Origin: Moorena sp. SIOASIH
GTDB taxonomy: Bacteria > Cyanobacteriota > Cyanobacteriia > Cyanobacteriales > Coleofasciculaceae
NCBI RefSeq assembly: GCF_010671925.1
Contig: NZ_JAAHIH010000001.1
Location: 549,053 to 613,052 of the forward strand
Reading direction: 5' to 3'
DNA length: 64,000 nt
Below the pieces are notes generated by a model, which saw only the letters and a program-made list of their open reading frames with translations, searched no databases and was not told the DNA's origin. Numbering within the stretch: the first letter of the stretch is position 1; every line of letters begins with the position of its first letter. Below, in pieces: positions 49,309 through 59,998 of the stretch. The translations under genes and the position numbers were made by a program.

Positions 49309-50838
49309 ATGACTACTAATTATAAAACCATAGCCCCATATCCCTATGAAAAATCAAATCTCATGCCTCTACGTTGGCTATTTTACTTGTGTTTAGGGAT
49401 ATCTGTTAATGCCGGAATTTGGGGCTTAACATTTTTTTATTTGAAATCAGCTAAGCCAACTTATAACAGTACATGGGCAGTATCACTTCCTGTCTCAGGC
49501 TCATCCACCAGAATTAATATCCCAGAATTAGGGGGAGCGAGTTCAGATGTTAGGTCACCATTTGGCGATCGCTCCCATGACCCAAGGGAAAAGATGAAAT
49601 TCATTGCGGAAAGTAAGCCGGTACTAAAGGATGCTGCCAGTGTACTGAACATGTCCCGTGAAGAGTTGGGCAAGCCTAGGGTCAAAATAGTAGACAATTC
49701 AACTATGATGGCCTTTGAGATCAAAGGAGACTCTCCTGAGGAAGCGCAACAGAAAGCTTTGGCTATGTACCAGGCTTTCCAGGATAGACTTGAACAACTT
49801 AGACAAGAAGAATTAGTAGACAATCAGCTACCAATTCAAGCTGATTTGGAGGCAGCTAAGAAAAATTTAGCAGATATTCAAAGAAGCCTGTCTGAACACA
49901 AAGCTAGAACTGGATTGAACTCGAAAGAACAAGTTAACCAGCTATCATCCACTATAGAAAGTTTACGACAACAACAAATCGATTTGTTGGCCCAAGGGCG
50001 AGAAGCAAAAGCCAATCTCAGCAACCTCTCAGCTAATCTAAAGTTGTCATCTCAGCAAGCTGCTGATGCTTTTGTACTTAAGGCTGACCAGATATTTCAG
50101 CAAACCCTAAGGGAATACAGTCAGGCTACCGCAGCCCTGACGGTTTTGAGTTCCAAATACGGTTCCAAGCATCCATCTGTAGTGGATGAAAAAAGCAAGC
50201 AAGAGAGTGCTAAAGCAGCTTTGCTAGAGCGTAGTCAATCTCTGTTAGGTCGCCCCATGTCTTTGGCAATTATCGACCAGCTCAGTGTTAACTCTGGGCC
50301 TGAAACTGGTTCTTCCCGGGAAAATTTGCTCAGGCAAATTGTTGAGGTGGAAGCACGGCAAGAGGGTGTGGAAGCTAGGGCGTGGGTATTAACCAACCAG
50401 ATTGCTGAGCTGGAAGCCAAACTCAAACAAATGAGCCAGGATGCCTTGAGGATGGAGATCCTAGAACGCAATATGCGCATTGCGGAAACTATCTATGCTT
50501 CAACCTTAACTCAATCAGCGATTGGTCGATTCAACCAATCCCTTTCCTATCCTCAAGTTCAGCTGCTAGCTGAACCCAGCTTACCCCCAGACGCGATAGC
50601 ACCGAAAAAGTCATCGGCTTTACTTGGTGCAGCAGCTGGTTCCTTCTTAATTAGTGCAGGACTATTTTTACTCTGGTTACGTCCCCATTTACAAGGTAAA
50701 TCACAACCCTCAATGTACGGCAAAGTAGAATCGTTTAACTCTGATGTTCCACCCTTACGTTCTCAACCATCAAATAATAGCTTCACAACATCTAATAGCT
50801 TCACATCGCCAATCGGGAACCAAAGAAAAGATTTCTGA
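49309..50838 (+). CDS. Polysaccharide co-polymerase (Wzz/GumC-like chain-length determinant) without a kinase domain
   Basis: 509 aa. TM1 is LRWLFYLCLGISVNAGIWGLTFFYL. A long coiled-coil periplasmic region follows, and TM2 is LLGAAAGSFLISAGLFLLWL. Confidence 0.7.
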   Translation: MTTNYKTIAPYPYEKSNLMPLRWLFYLCLGISVNAGIWGLTFFYLKSAKPTYNSTWAVSLPVSGSSTRINIPELGGASSDVRSPFGDRSHDPREKMKFIAESKPVLKDAASVLNMSREELGKPRVKIVDNSTMMAFEIKGDSPEEAQQKALAMYQAFQDRLEQLRQEELVDNQLPIQADLEAAKKNLADIQRSLSEHKARTGLNSKEQVNQLSSTIESLRQQQIDLLAQGREAKANLSNLSANLKLSSQQAADAFVLKADQIFQQTLREYSQATAALTVLSSKYGSKHPSVVDEKSKQESAKAALLERSQSLLGRPMSLAIIDQLSVNSGPETGSSRENLLRQIVEVEARQEGVEARAWVLTNQIAELEAKLKQMSQDALRMEILERNMRIAETIYASTLTQSAIGRFNQSLSYPQVQLLAEPSLPPDAIAPKKSSALLGAAAGSFLISAGLFLLWLRPHLQGKSQPSMYGKVESFNSDVPPLRSQPSNNSFTTSNSFTSPIGNQRKDF

Positions 50839-50913
50839 TACAACTAATCCACTTGTTATCAAGCTAGACATCATAGCATGGCACCAGTAACCTAAGCCAT
50901 TAGGCAGGCTTTA

Positions 50914-52152
50914 ATGAAACCGCAAAACTTTGAAGAAAAAGTAGTTTTCTATTATATAATTTCAACCTACTTATTATTTTTTTTAGGTGCACAGTTTGTT
51001 TTTGCCCCAGCCCTAGCTTGGCTGCTAACCTTTTATCTGATTAAGAAGCTTTGGCAGCAAACATCAGATACTCCACCGGAAGAAAGGATTCGGATTCCCA
51101 TTGGAGTCTGGGTCTGGATTGTTTGCATATCAGTCATTGGCCTAGCCTTAGTTGTGGGTCATTTAGATTGGGGTTTCTCAACTGTTAAAACGATCAAATC
51201 ATTTATTAATTCCTTTTTGAGAACTTGGGCGCTTCTCGCCTTATTTCCTTTAATTGGTTGCCTCAACATCCGACCACAAATAATCTATAGAGCAATTTCT
51301 ATCCTTTCCCTACAAACTCTGATCTTGGTACCACTTACCTATGGGTTAAGTCTGACCGGGTTAGAGATGCCCTTGTATACTAGCACCCTAATGGCAAAAA
51401 TTGGCGGTAACAGTCAACGTTACTACGCCATAAGTCCTTACGTGATAAAAAGTGGTGAAACACGCCTTTTCTTATTTGCGCCTTGGGCTCCAGCATTGGC
51501 ATTTGCCTGTAACGTACACTTTTTCCTTAGTAGTAGAGACCCGGACATAAAGTGGCGTTTTATTGGTATGATTGGCTGTGCTGCTGCAATTGTGGGTTCA
51601 GTGTCCCGGATGGGGATAATCTGCTTAGTGGGTATACCAATACTGGTAACATTTTTGGGAAATCTCACCGAACCCGCTATCCAAATTACAGCAGGAATAG
51701 GGAGTTTTATTGGTGGTCTATTTGGTCCCCAACTGCTAATGATAGCTAGAAACTTGAAAGACTCTTTTTCCGGTCAAAGATCTGCTTCGTCGCGGGTTAG
51801 GTCGGCTTTAGCACGGCTTTCTCACCGTAAGTGGGAAGAAGATGCACCGATTTGGGGTCATGCTATTAAAGTGGGCAAAGGCCCTGATGTTGTCGCTAAA
51901 ATGCCTATTGGAAGCCACCACACTTGGTATGGTGCTTTATATACTCATGGAATCGTCGGGTTTATTGGAATATTAATTCCTATAGTCTATACTTTTATAG
52001 AGCTTTTAATTAAAGCTCAAAGGAGTAAGCTTGCCACAACAGCACTAACAATACTACTAGTTTGTATCCTGTTCTCGTTTGGAGAAAATCTAGAAACATT
52101 AGCTTACCTCTACTGGCCTGGTTTGGTTGTAGTAGGGATGGGACTAAAATAA
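50914..52152 (+). CDS. O-antigen ligase/Wzy-like polytopic membrane protein
   Basis: 412 aa with ≥10 predicted TM helices and a periplasmic loop between helices, as in the Wzy_C family. Confidence 0.5.
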   Translation: MKPQNFEEKVVFYYIISTYLLFFLGAQFVFAPALAWLLTFYLIKKLWQQTSDTPPEERIRIPIGVWVWIVCISVIGLALVVGHLDWGFSTVKTIKSFINSFLRTWALLALFPLIGCLNIRPQIIYRAISILSLQTLILVPLTYGLSLTGLEMPLYTSTLMAKIGGNSQRYYAISPYVIKSGETRLFLFAPWAPALAFACNVHFFLSSRDPDIKWRFIGMIGCAAAIVGSVSRMGIICLVGIPILVTFLGNLTEPAIQITAGIGSFIGGLFGPQLLMIARNLKDSFSGQRSASSRVRSALARLSHRKWEEDAPIWGHAIKVGKGPDVVAKMPIGSHHTWYGALYTHGIVGFIGILIPIVYTFIELLIKAQRSKLATTALTILLVCILFSFGENLETLAYLYWPGLVVVGMGLK

Positions 52153-52230
52153 AAATGCTCAAGGGGTTTTTAGAGACCTTTTGTGGAAAATTACCATGCA
52201 CTAATTATATACAAAAAAAGGATAATCGCC

Positions 52231-53214
52231 ATGCCCACCATATCTGTAATAGTTCCCGTTTATAACGGAGAAAAAACTATATTAGAAACGATCCAATCGA
52301 TTCAAGCACAAACGTTTTCAGATTTTGAGTTAATTGTTATTAATGACGGCTCCACTGATGGTACATTAGATGTAATCAGTACAGTCAACGATCATCGATT
52401 GAAAGTGTTTTCCTATGAAAATGGCGGATTGCCAGTGGCTCGTAATCGTGGCATTCGTCGCTCTACGGGCGATTTGATTACGTTTATAGATGCTGATGAT
52501 TTATGGAAACCCGATAAATTGGAGCTACAGTTAGCAGCACTGCAAAAAAATCCTGAAGCCGGAGTGGCTTACAGTTGGACAGCATTTATAGATGAGAATA
52601 GCAAATTTTTGTTTGCTTGGCAACCACTATATTGGGAGGGTAATGTTTATCCCCAATTACTAATTCGTAACTTTATATCCAGTGGTTCCAATATCATGGT
52701 AAAGCGGAAGTATATTGAAGCAGCTGGAGAATTTGACCCATCCCTGAAATCAGTTGAAGATTGGGATTATTACCTCAGGCTAGCAGCTTTATGTCATTTT
52801 GCACTGGTTCCTAAATACCAAATTTTATACCGTCGCTCTTCCCAGTCAATGACCTCTAAAGTGGATGTGATGGAGAAGGCGAACCTAATTGTAATTGAAA
52901 GAGCCTTCAAGGCAGCTCCACCAGAACTTAAGTCTCTTAAAAATAAGAGTTTAGCGAATGCCTATCGTTATCTTGCTAAGCAGTGTATAGCTAATGCTTT
53001 TGATGATCAAGGAGTAAAGCTAGCTAGTCAAAAACTAAGCTATTCCATAAAGCTTTATCCCAAATTTTTGCTAAGCAAGGAAACTATACGTCTAATTTTA
53101 AAACTATTAATAATCAAAATTATGCCTAAAAAACTAGCTGGACATTTAATCCAACTAATCGGTCAGAAAATGCCGATGGTATCTGTTGATAATCGGATGA
53201 TTTCAGAGCACTAA
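52231..53214 (+). CDS. Glycosyltransferase family 2 (GT-A)
   Basis: MPTISVIVPVYNGEKTI…VINDGSTDGT…, a DAD motif (FIDADD) and GT2 size. Confidence 0.85.
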   Translation: MPTISVIVPVYNGEKTILETIQSIQAQTFSDFELIVINDGSTDGTLDVISTVNDHRLKVFSYENGGLPVARNRGIRRSTGDLITFIDADDLWKPDKLELQLAALQKNPEAGVAYSWTAFIDENSKFLFAWQPLYWEGNVYPQLLIRNFISSGSNIMVKRKYIEAAGEFDPSLKSVEDWDYYLRLAALCHFALVPKYQILYRRSSQSMTSKVDVMEKANLIVIERAFKAAPPELKSLKNKSLANAYRYLAKQCIANAFDDQGVKLASQKLSYSIKLYPKFLLSKETIRLILKLLIIKIMPKKLAGHLIQLIGQKMPMVSVDNRMISEH

Positions 53215-53290
53215 CTACCACTATAATTTTACAGATATCAATTTCGACAGATATCAATCATCAAAAGGATGGCAGGATGGGAGATCCACT

Positions 53291-55630
53291 GTGAAAATTG
53301 TCAAAACAATAGGGAGTCGCATCAAGCACAAACTAGGTAATAGAAGCACTTTTACTCGCAATCTTGGTTGGATGGGAGTGGCCCAGGCATTTATTCGGGT
53401 TTCCCGTTTAGGTGCAACGTTTATTTTGCCACGCTTCTTAACTCCCCATGACTTTGGATTAGCTGCACTGGTTCTGACGACCTATGAATATTCACAAACA
53501 GTAACGCGGATCGGTGTTCATGCTAGAATTATACAGGCGGAAGCCGATGAGCTGGAAGACATTTGTAATAGTGCTTATTGGTTAAATTGGGTACTTTTTG
53601 CAAGTCTATTCGTTATGCAGTGCCTTGCTGCTTTTCCAGTTGCGTGGTTTTATAAGGATAACCAACTTATTTTACCCATTTGTCTATTAGCATTTAACTT
53701 TTTGATTGCTCCCTTAGGAGCAGTACAGTCAGCACTAATTCAAAGGGATAATCGAATTCAGGTAACCGCTACTGCTCGCGCTCTCAGATATGCCACCGCC
53801 AATATTTTAACCACTGTCTTTGCTGTTCTTCATCTGGGAATGTGGGCGATAATACTTCCCATACTATTAGCTAGCCCTATAGAATTCATTACCTATCTGT
53901 TCAAACATCCCTGGCGGAGAACTGGCTCTTTCACAACCAAATACTGGGGTAAAATTTTTCGCTTTGGAATCAATTTCCTGGGGATTGAACTTTTAAAGAC
54001 TCTCAGGGAAACTCTCGACTATCTTATCATTGGTCGCTTTATAGGAATTGACCTATTAGGTGTTTACTACTTTGCTTACAATGCTGGCTTGGGAATTAGC
54101 TTGACTATCGTCCAATCGATTACTACTGCTTTATACCCTGCCCTATGTGAAGTACGGACAAACTTATCGAAATTTAAGCAAACATACTTTAGCAGTCTGA
54201 AGACGATTGGGAAAGTGATTGTTGGTTTTGTTGCTTTACAAGCAAGTCTAGTTCCGTTTTATATTCCCATTATGGTTGGGGAAAAAATTCATACGGAAGG
54301 CTGGAGTATGGTGGTTCCCATCGTCATTTTAGTTTGCTTATCAGCAATTCCTAGACCCTTTGATATTGCTGGATTTCAGCTTTTAGCAGCCATTGATAAA
54401 CCGCAAATTGGCTTGCTCTGGAATATCTTATTTACCATCATCTTTTCCTGTAGTCTACTGATAGCAGTGAAATGGGGAATCATCACGGTCGCTGTATCGG
54501 TTTTACTGGTTCATGCCCTTTTAATTCCCTTATTTGTGGTTTGGTCTGCTAGGTATGTCTTTGCTAAACCTGAAACGTCTCCTGTAGCCTTAGAGCATAC
54601 TGTACTCCAATCTCATACTGTACTCCAATCTCACGATGAGACTGATACTGATCAGTTTTATGTCAGCCAATGGACTTTATCATTAGCCAGTAGTGGGACA
54701 TTCCCTAACACTCAGGTTTCTGAATTTGGTGATGCTGACAGTAATAACAGTAATAACAGTAATAGCAGTGCCGGGTTAAGCGATCGCATCGATGATCCCA
54801 GAAAACACCTGAAGTTGATAGCTGAAAGTGTGACGGTTTTAGAAGAAGCGGCAAAGCAGCTAAATATATCTGTAGATAGCTTAGATAAGCCTTCGATTCA
54901 ACTAATCGATAACTCTACAATGATGGTTTTTGAAATTTCAGCAGTCACCCCTGAGGAAGCGCAACGGAGAGCCTTCGCCATTAATCAGGCGTTTAACAAA
55001 AGACTGGAACAACTCAGAAAGCAAGAAATTGCTCAACAAGAAAAAACTATCCCAGTGTATATAAAGTCAGCGGAAAACGATCTAGAAAAAGCACAGCAAC
55101 GCCTAGCTGAAAAAACGGCGAACATAGGATTGCCCTTAAACCAGCTCTTAGAGACAATAGAAGCACTACGGCGCAAAAAGATTGAATTACGACGTAAAAA
55201 GATTGAATTGCTGGCTGAGCTAGTACCGACTCAGTCTGATCATAGTCATTCTACCAATCCTCAGGTGATGAATCCTGTTCACCATCAGCCTCAAGCTAGC
55301 TTATTCCAAGATGATCCACCCTTAGAAATGGATGATATTAAACCACAACTACAAGGTAGTGATGACAAGGCCAGGGATCTAGAGTTTCAGATTTCTCAGC
55401 TTGAAGTAAAACTTAGCAAAATGTCCCAAGATGCCTTGACTCTGGAAATTCTAGAGCGAGATTTACGCATTGCACAAACCGTCTATTCCTCTGTTTTAAG
55501 CCAATGGGAAATAGTTAAGTCAGACTCATCTATTATGTATTATCCCCAACTGCAATTGGTAGCGGGTCCTACCTTAGCTACCAGATCACAAATGCAAAAT
55601 AGTCTAGTACACTTGGGCAGAAATTTGTGA
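53291..55630 (+). CDS. Fusion protein: Wzx-like oligosaccharide flippase (N-terminal ~430 aa, polytopic) joined to a truncated Wzz/GumC-like periplasmic coiled-coil domain that is paralogous to the 49309 ORF
   Basis: The N-terminus has 12-14 TM helices (flippase/MATE-like). Residues ~470-779 align with 49309 residues ~55-430 (…LIAESVTVLEEAAKQLNISVDSLDKPSIQLIDNSTMMVFEI… vs …FIAESKPVLKDAASVLNMSREELGKPRVKIVDNSTMMAFEI…). The C-terminal TM2 is absent. Confidence 0.7.
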   Translation: MKIVKTIGSRIKHKLGNRSTFTRNLGWMGVAQAFIRVSRLGATFILPRFLTPHDFGLAALVLTTYEYSQTVTRIGVHARIIQAEADELEDICNSAYWLNWVLFASLFVMQCLAAFPVAWFYKDNQLILPICLLAFNFLIAPLGAVQSALIQRDNRIQVTATARALRYATANILTTVFAVLHLGMWAIILPILLASPIEFITYLFKHPWRRTGSFTTKYWGKIFRFGINFLGIELLKTLRETLDYLIIGRFIGIDLLGVYYFAYNAGLGISLTIVQSITTALYPALCEVRTNLSKFKQTYFSSLKTIGKVIVGFVALQASLVPFYIPIMVGEKIHTEGWSMVVPIVILVCLSAIPRPFDIAGFQLLAAIDKPQIGLLWNILFTIIFSCSLLIAVKWGIITVAVSVLLVHALLIPLFVVWSARYVFAKPETSPVALEHTVLQSHTVLQSHDETDTDQFYVSQWTLSLASSGTFPNTQVSEFGDADSNNSNNSNSSAGLSDRIDDPRKHLKLIAESVTVLEEAAKQLNISVDSLDKPSIQLIDNSTMMVFEISAVTPEEAQRRAFAINQAFNKRLEQLRKQEIAQQEKTIPVYIKSAENDLEKAQQRLAEKTANIGLPLNQLLETIEALRRKKIELRRKKIELLAELVPTQSDHSHSTNPQVMNPVHHQPQASLFQDDPPLEMDDIKPQLQGSDDKARDLEFQISQLEVKLSKMSQDALTLEILERDLRIAQTVYSSVLSQWEIVKSDSSIMYYPQLQLVAGPTLATRSQMQNSLVHLGRNL

Positions 55631-55773
55631 TCAGTTCCTGGGAAGATGATAGTGCTCAGGAGGTAATTTTTAGTCGTCAGTTGTCAGTTTCAAGTATTTA
55701 TATATTTTTTTGATAAATTTTCTTTAAAAAAATTAAATTAAAACTAGTTCTCTTTAAAACCACTGGTCAAACA

Positions 55774-56799
55774 ATGAAACATGTTTCTGTCATTATTCCC
55801 GTCTACGGAGTTGAAAACTATATTGCAGCAGCGGTGCAGTCTGTTCTCGACCAGACCTATACCAACTTTGAACTGCTCATTATTGATGATGAATCCCCAG
55901 ACAGTAGTATAAAAATTTGTCAAGAATTCTCGGATCATCGAATTAAGATTATTCATCAAACTAATCGGGGACTTGCTGGAGCGCGCAATACAGGAATTCG
56001 CCATGCCAAAGGAGATTATTTAGCGTTTTTAGATGGGGATGACTTGTGGTTGCTTCAGAAACTGGAAAGACATATTGAACACTTAGAAAAATTTCCAGAG
56101 GTAGGGGTTAGTTTTAGCCGTTCAGCATTGATTGATGAATCTGGAAATTTATTGAACACTTATCTAATGCCTAAGTTAAAGGACATTACCCGATCAGATT
56201 TATTCCGGTCTAGTCCTATTGGTAATGGTTCAGCTCCCGTAATTCGACGGGAAGTCTTTGAAGCCATTAAGTATCAAGATAACCTTTACGGCACTACAGA
56301 ATATTTTTACTTTGATGAAAACTTCCGCCGCGCTGAAGATATTGAATGTTGGCTACGTATTGCGATTCAGACAGACTGGAAAATTGAGGGAATCCCTGAA
56401 GCACTAACCCTATATCGAGTCAATTCAGCCAGTCTTTCAGCGAACTTAGTCAAACAGTTGGATTCGTGGAAACAAGTACTAGAAAAAACTCGCTCCTACG
56501 CTCCTGAATTGATTGAGAAGTGGGGAAATTTAGCCCTGGCCTATCGATTGCGAAACTTTGCTCGTAGTGCAGTACGTCTCAAAGATGGACCAATGTCTGT
56601 CAAACTAATTAATGGTGCTTTGGCAACTTACTGGCGTCTTCTCTTGGAAGAACCAAGCCGTACCCTTCGGACTTTGGTTGCTGCCTATTTACTTTTGCTG
56701 TTGCCTAAGCCCCTATATTCCCACCTCGAAGTTCTCGCTGTTAAAGTAGTGGGAATGATCCAAAGACGTCAGATTTGGCAAGACCAACTTGGACAATAA
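55774..56799 (+). CDS. Glycosyltransferase family 2, paralog A
   Basis: MKHVSVIIPVYGVENYI…LIIDDESPD…GLAGARNTGI…FLDGDDLW. Confidence 0.85.
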   Translation: MKHVSVIIPVYGVENYIAAAVQSVLDQTYTNFELLIIDDESPDSSIKICQEFSDHRIKIIHQTNRGLAGARNTGIRHAKGDYLAFLDGDDLWLLQKLERHIEHLEKFPEVGVSFSRSALIDESGNLLNTYLMPKLKDITRSDLFRSSPIGNGSAPVIRREVFEAIKYQDNLYGTTEYFYFDENFRRAEDIECWLRIAIQTDWKIEGIPEALTLYRVNSASLSANLVKQLDSWKQVLEKTRSYAPELIEKWGNLALAYRLRNFARSAVRLKDGPMSVKLINGALATYWRLLLEEPSRTLRTLVAAYLLLLLPKPLYSHLEVLAVKVVGMIQRRQIWQDQLGQ

Positions 56800-56834
56800 T
56801 TGTCTTAGTCATTCAGTATAGGATGGTTGATAAA

Positions 56835-57860
56835 ATGAAAAAAGTTTCCGTCATTACTCCAGTCTACAACGTTGAGAAGTATATTGCTGCTACAGTACAG
56901 TCAGTTTTGGATCAAACTTACCAAAATTTTGAATATTTGCTCATTGATGATGGTTCTCCTGACGACAGTGTAGAGATTTGCCAGCAGTTCATAGACCCCA
57001 GAATCAAAATTATTCGTCAGGAAAATCAGGGAGCTAATGCAGCAAGGAATGAAGGCATCCGCCAAGCCGAGGGAGAGTATTTAGCATTTTTAGATGGCGA
57101 TGACCTATGGTTGCCTCAAAAGCTAGAAAAACATATTGAACATTTGGAAAAAAATCCAAACTTGGGGATTAGCTTTAGCTGTTCTGGGTTTATCGATGAA
57201 GCAGGAAATCCCCTAGGAATCTATCAACTACCCAAGCTAAAGGACATCACCATCGGTGACATAATTTGCCGTAATCCTATTAGTAATGGCTCCTGTGCTG
57301 TGTTCCGCAAGCAGGTATTTGAAGCCATTAAGTACCAAGAGACTATCAACGGAAAGACCAAAGACTTTTATTGGGATGAGGGATTGCAAGGGTCACAGGA
57401 TTTGGATTGTTGGTTTCGCATTGCTATCCAAACCAATTGGGACCTGGAAGGCATTCCTCAGTCTTTGACTCTATACCGAGTCAATTCCAGTGGTATATCA
57501 GCTAACTTGTTCAAAAAACAAAAGTCTTGGGAACAGGTAATTGAGAAAACTCGCTCTTATGCTCCTGATGTGGTGGTTGAGTGGGAAAATCGTGCCCGTG
57601 CTTACCATTTGAGGTATCTAGCTCGTCGTGCAGTTACCTTGAGAGATGGTGCAATGGCTGTCCAATTCTTCAACCAAGCTCTGGGGAGCTACTGGCAGAT
57701 GCTCTGGGAAGAACCACGTCGTACCCTGTTAACTGGGGCTGCGGCCTATTTGCTCTGGCTTATACCTCAGAATCTTTACAAGCATATAGAAGCTTTAGCT
57801 TTAAAAACCACAGGGTCTTCACAACAGCGCCGGATTTCTCAAGCAATCCGAGGGACATGA
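56835..57860 (+). CDS. Glycosyltransferase family 2, paralog B
   Basis: MKKVSVITPVYNVEKYI…LLIDDGSPD…FLDGDDLW. It is collinear with paralog A throughout. Confidence 0.85.
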   Translation: MKKVSVITPVYNVEKYIAATVQSVLDQTYQNFEYLLIDDGSPDDSVEICQQFIDPRIKIIRQENQGANAARNEGIRQAEGEYLAFLDGDDLWLPQKLEKHIEHLEKNPNLGISFSCSGFIDEAGNPLGIYQLPKLKDITIGDIICRNPISNGSCAVFRKQVFEAIKYQETINGKTKDFYWDEGLQGSQDLDCWFRIAIQTNWDLEGIPQSLTLYRVNSSGISANLFKKQKSWEQVIEKTRSYAPDVVVEWENRARAYHLRYLARRAVTLRDGAMAVQFFNQALGSYWQMLWEEPRRTLLTGAAAYLLWLIPQNLYKHIEALALKTTGSSQQRRISQAIRGT

Positions 57861-57924
57861 AATGTCATCTATTAGCAAATAGCTAAAGCCTTGCTACCAT
57901 GCTGGTTTTTGGGCGTTGCTGAAT

Positions 57925-58090
57925 CTTTGAATGAATAGGAGTAGAGTGGGCATCCTGCCCGCTCGAAAATATATTGAAACTGGCAAGATGCCAGTTCTAC
58001 CAAGATGCCAGTTCTACCAAGATGCCAGTTCCACCAAGATGCCCGTTCCACCAAGATGCCCATTCTACGGCAAGATGCCCATTGCACAAA
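57925..58090. repeat. Second, inverted copy of the dispersed module: conserved spacer plus a (CAAGATGCCAGTTCTAC)n array of 6 units
   Basis: It is the reverse complement of 559..690. Confidence 0.8.
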
Positions 58091-58156
58091 ACTTTTAAAA
58101 TCATTCCATTATTAAGCAACGCCGGTTTTGGGGTAATGGGTCATAGGTCTGCCAAT

Positions 58157-58247
58157 TACCCATTACCCATTACCCATTACCCATTACCCATTCCCGACTC
58201 CCCACTCCCCACTCCCCACTCCCGATTCCCCACTCCCCACTCCCGAC
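58157..58247. repeat. STRR-like heptamer repeats (TTACCCA)5 then (CTCCCCA/CTCCCGA)n
   Basis: Directly visible. Confidence 0.9.
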
Positions 58248-58903
58248 CCAAATGTAAAAAACCTACCCCTGTGAGCACAGCCCCTCTCCATTCGCGACGG
58301 CATCAAGACAGTGAAATTAGATATTTTGTTAGTTGTAGCTAATTGTAAAATTTCTGTCTAGTAATTGTGAAATTTCTGTCTAGTTTTGATAAATCCTATA
58401 TCTGGCTAGACAGTTTTTTTGTTGCTATAATTTTTAATTATGATATACTTCTATAAAGTCTGGTTTGATCGCTTTTATATAAGCTGACAGGGATGGCATC
58501 TTGAAATCCTGATATTGCTTAATTGCCTACTTTTGACGTTCACTGTCTTATCTAGCTGTCGTATATACTAGCAATGCTACCGGAAAATATATTATACAAT
58601 TAAACAAAAATTGATAACTATAAAACTATAAAACAAAAACTAAGAAAATTTATCTGGGGGGCGACCAGCGCCCCAAAGTACTTGCCAGCTTGAGGTTTAA
58701 GCTTACAGTGACTTCTAAACTATACATAGACCCAACTATACATAGACAAAAGAAGCATAGTTTGAATTATTGAGAACTCAATCCCTGATTAGTTCGTCCA
58801 AGTTTAAGAAAAATCGGGTTGATAATTTTGGTAAATTAATTACCGAAATCTCTACCAGATAATACTTATAGCTAACCTATCACAACCTCATAAATTTTAG
58901 CCT

Positions 58904-59917
58904 ATGAAAACTGTTTCGATAATTATCCCAGTATACGGAGTTGAAAAGTATATTGCTAGCGCAGTACAGTCGGTTATCAACCAGACTTATCAAAACTTTG
59001 AACTGCTGATTATTGACGATGAATCTCCCGATCAAAGTGTAAACATTTGTCGGGAATTATCCGATACCAGAATTAAGATTATTCACCAAACTAATCGGGG
59101 ACTTGCTGGAGCGAGAAATACAGGAATTCGCCATGCCAAAGGAGATTATTTAGCCTTTTTAGATGGAGACGACTTGTGGTTGCCTCAGAAACTGGAAAGA
59201 CATATTGAACACTTAGAAAAATTTCCAGAGGTAGGGATTAGTTTTAGCCGTTCTGCATTGATTGATGAATCTGGAAATTTTATGGGTGCCTATCTAATGC
59301 CTAAGCTCAGTAATATTACTATATCTGATTTGTTTCGAGAGAGCCCGATCGGGAACGGTTCGGCTGCTGTAGTTCGTCGGGAAGTCTTTGACACAATTAA
59401 GTATCAGGATAATCTTTACGGCCCTACAGAAGATTATTACTTTGATGAAAACTTCCGTCGTGCTGAAGATCTTGAATGTTGGCTTCGCATCGGTATTCAA
59501 ACTGAGTGGAAAATTGAGGGAATACCTGAAGCACTAACCCTGTATCGCATTAATACACAAGGGTTGTCAGCCAATCTCTTCAAGCAGTTAGAGTCCTTGG
59601 AAAAAATGATTGAAAAGACCCGTTCCTATGCTCCCACAGTAACCAGCCAATGGGAAAAGATTTCTAGGGCTTACCACTTGCGGTACTTGGCTAGGAGTGC
59701 GGTTCGTCTTAAAGTAGGTTCAGATGCTGTGACCTTTATACATCGCTCATTATCCAATCACTGGCGTATCCTACTAGAACAGCCACGGCGAACAATCTTA
59801 ACCTTAATAGCCGCTTATATGCTTTGGTTATTACCAAAGTCTTTATATGCTCAAATTGAATTGCTTTTCTCTAAGCTGCTTAAAAAGGTTAAAAAACAGC
59901 CTCTTCTCCAAAACTAG
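58904..59917 (+). CDS. Glycosyltransferase family 2, paralog C (closest to paralog A)
   Basis: MKTVSIIIPVYGVEKYI…; long runs identical to paralog A (RIKIIHQTNRGLAGARNTGIRHAKGDYLAFLDGDDLWL). Confidence 0.85.
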   Translation: MKTVSIIIPVYGVEKYIASAVQSVINQTYQNFELLIIDDESPDQSVNICRELSDTRIKIIHQTNRGLAGARNTGIRHAKGDYLAFLDGDDLWLPQKLERHIEHLEKFPEVGISFSRSALIDESGNFMGAYLMPKLSNITISDLFRESPIGNGSAAVVRREVFDTIKYQDNLYGPTEDYYFDENFRRAEDLECWLRIGIQTEWKIEGIPEALTLYRINTQGLSANLFKQLESLEKMIEKTRSYAPTVTSQWEKISRAYHLRYLARSAVRLKVGSDAVTFIHRSLSNHWRILLEQPRRTILTLIAAYMLWLLPKSLYAQIELLFSKLLKKVKKQPLLQN

Positions 59918-59998
59918 TACCGCTGCGCGGAATTCAAAATTCAAAATTCAAAAACCAAAAAAATTACTTAGTTTAAGCTTTAAGGATATTGACTTATT

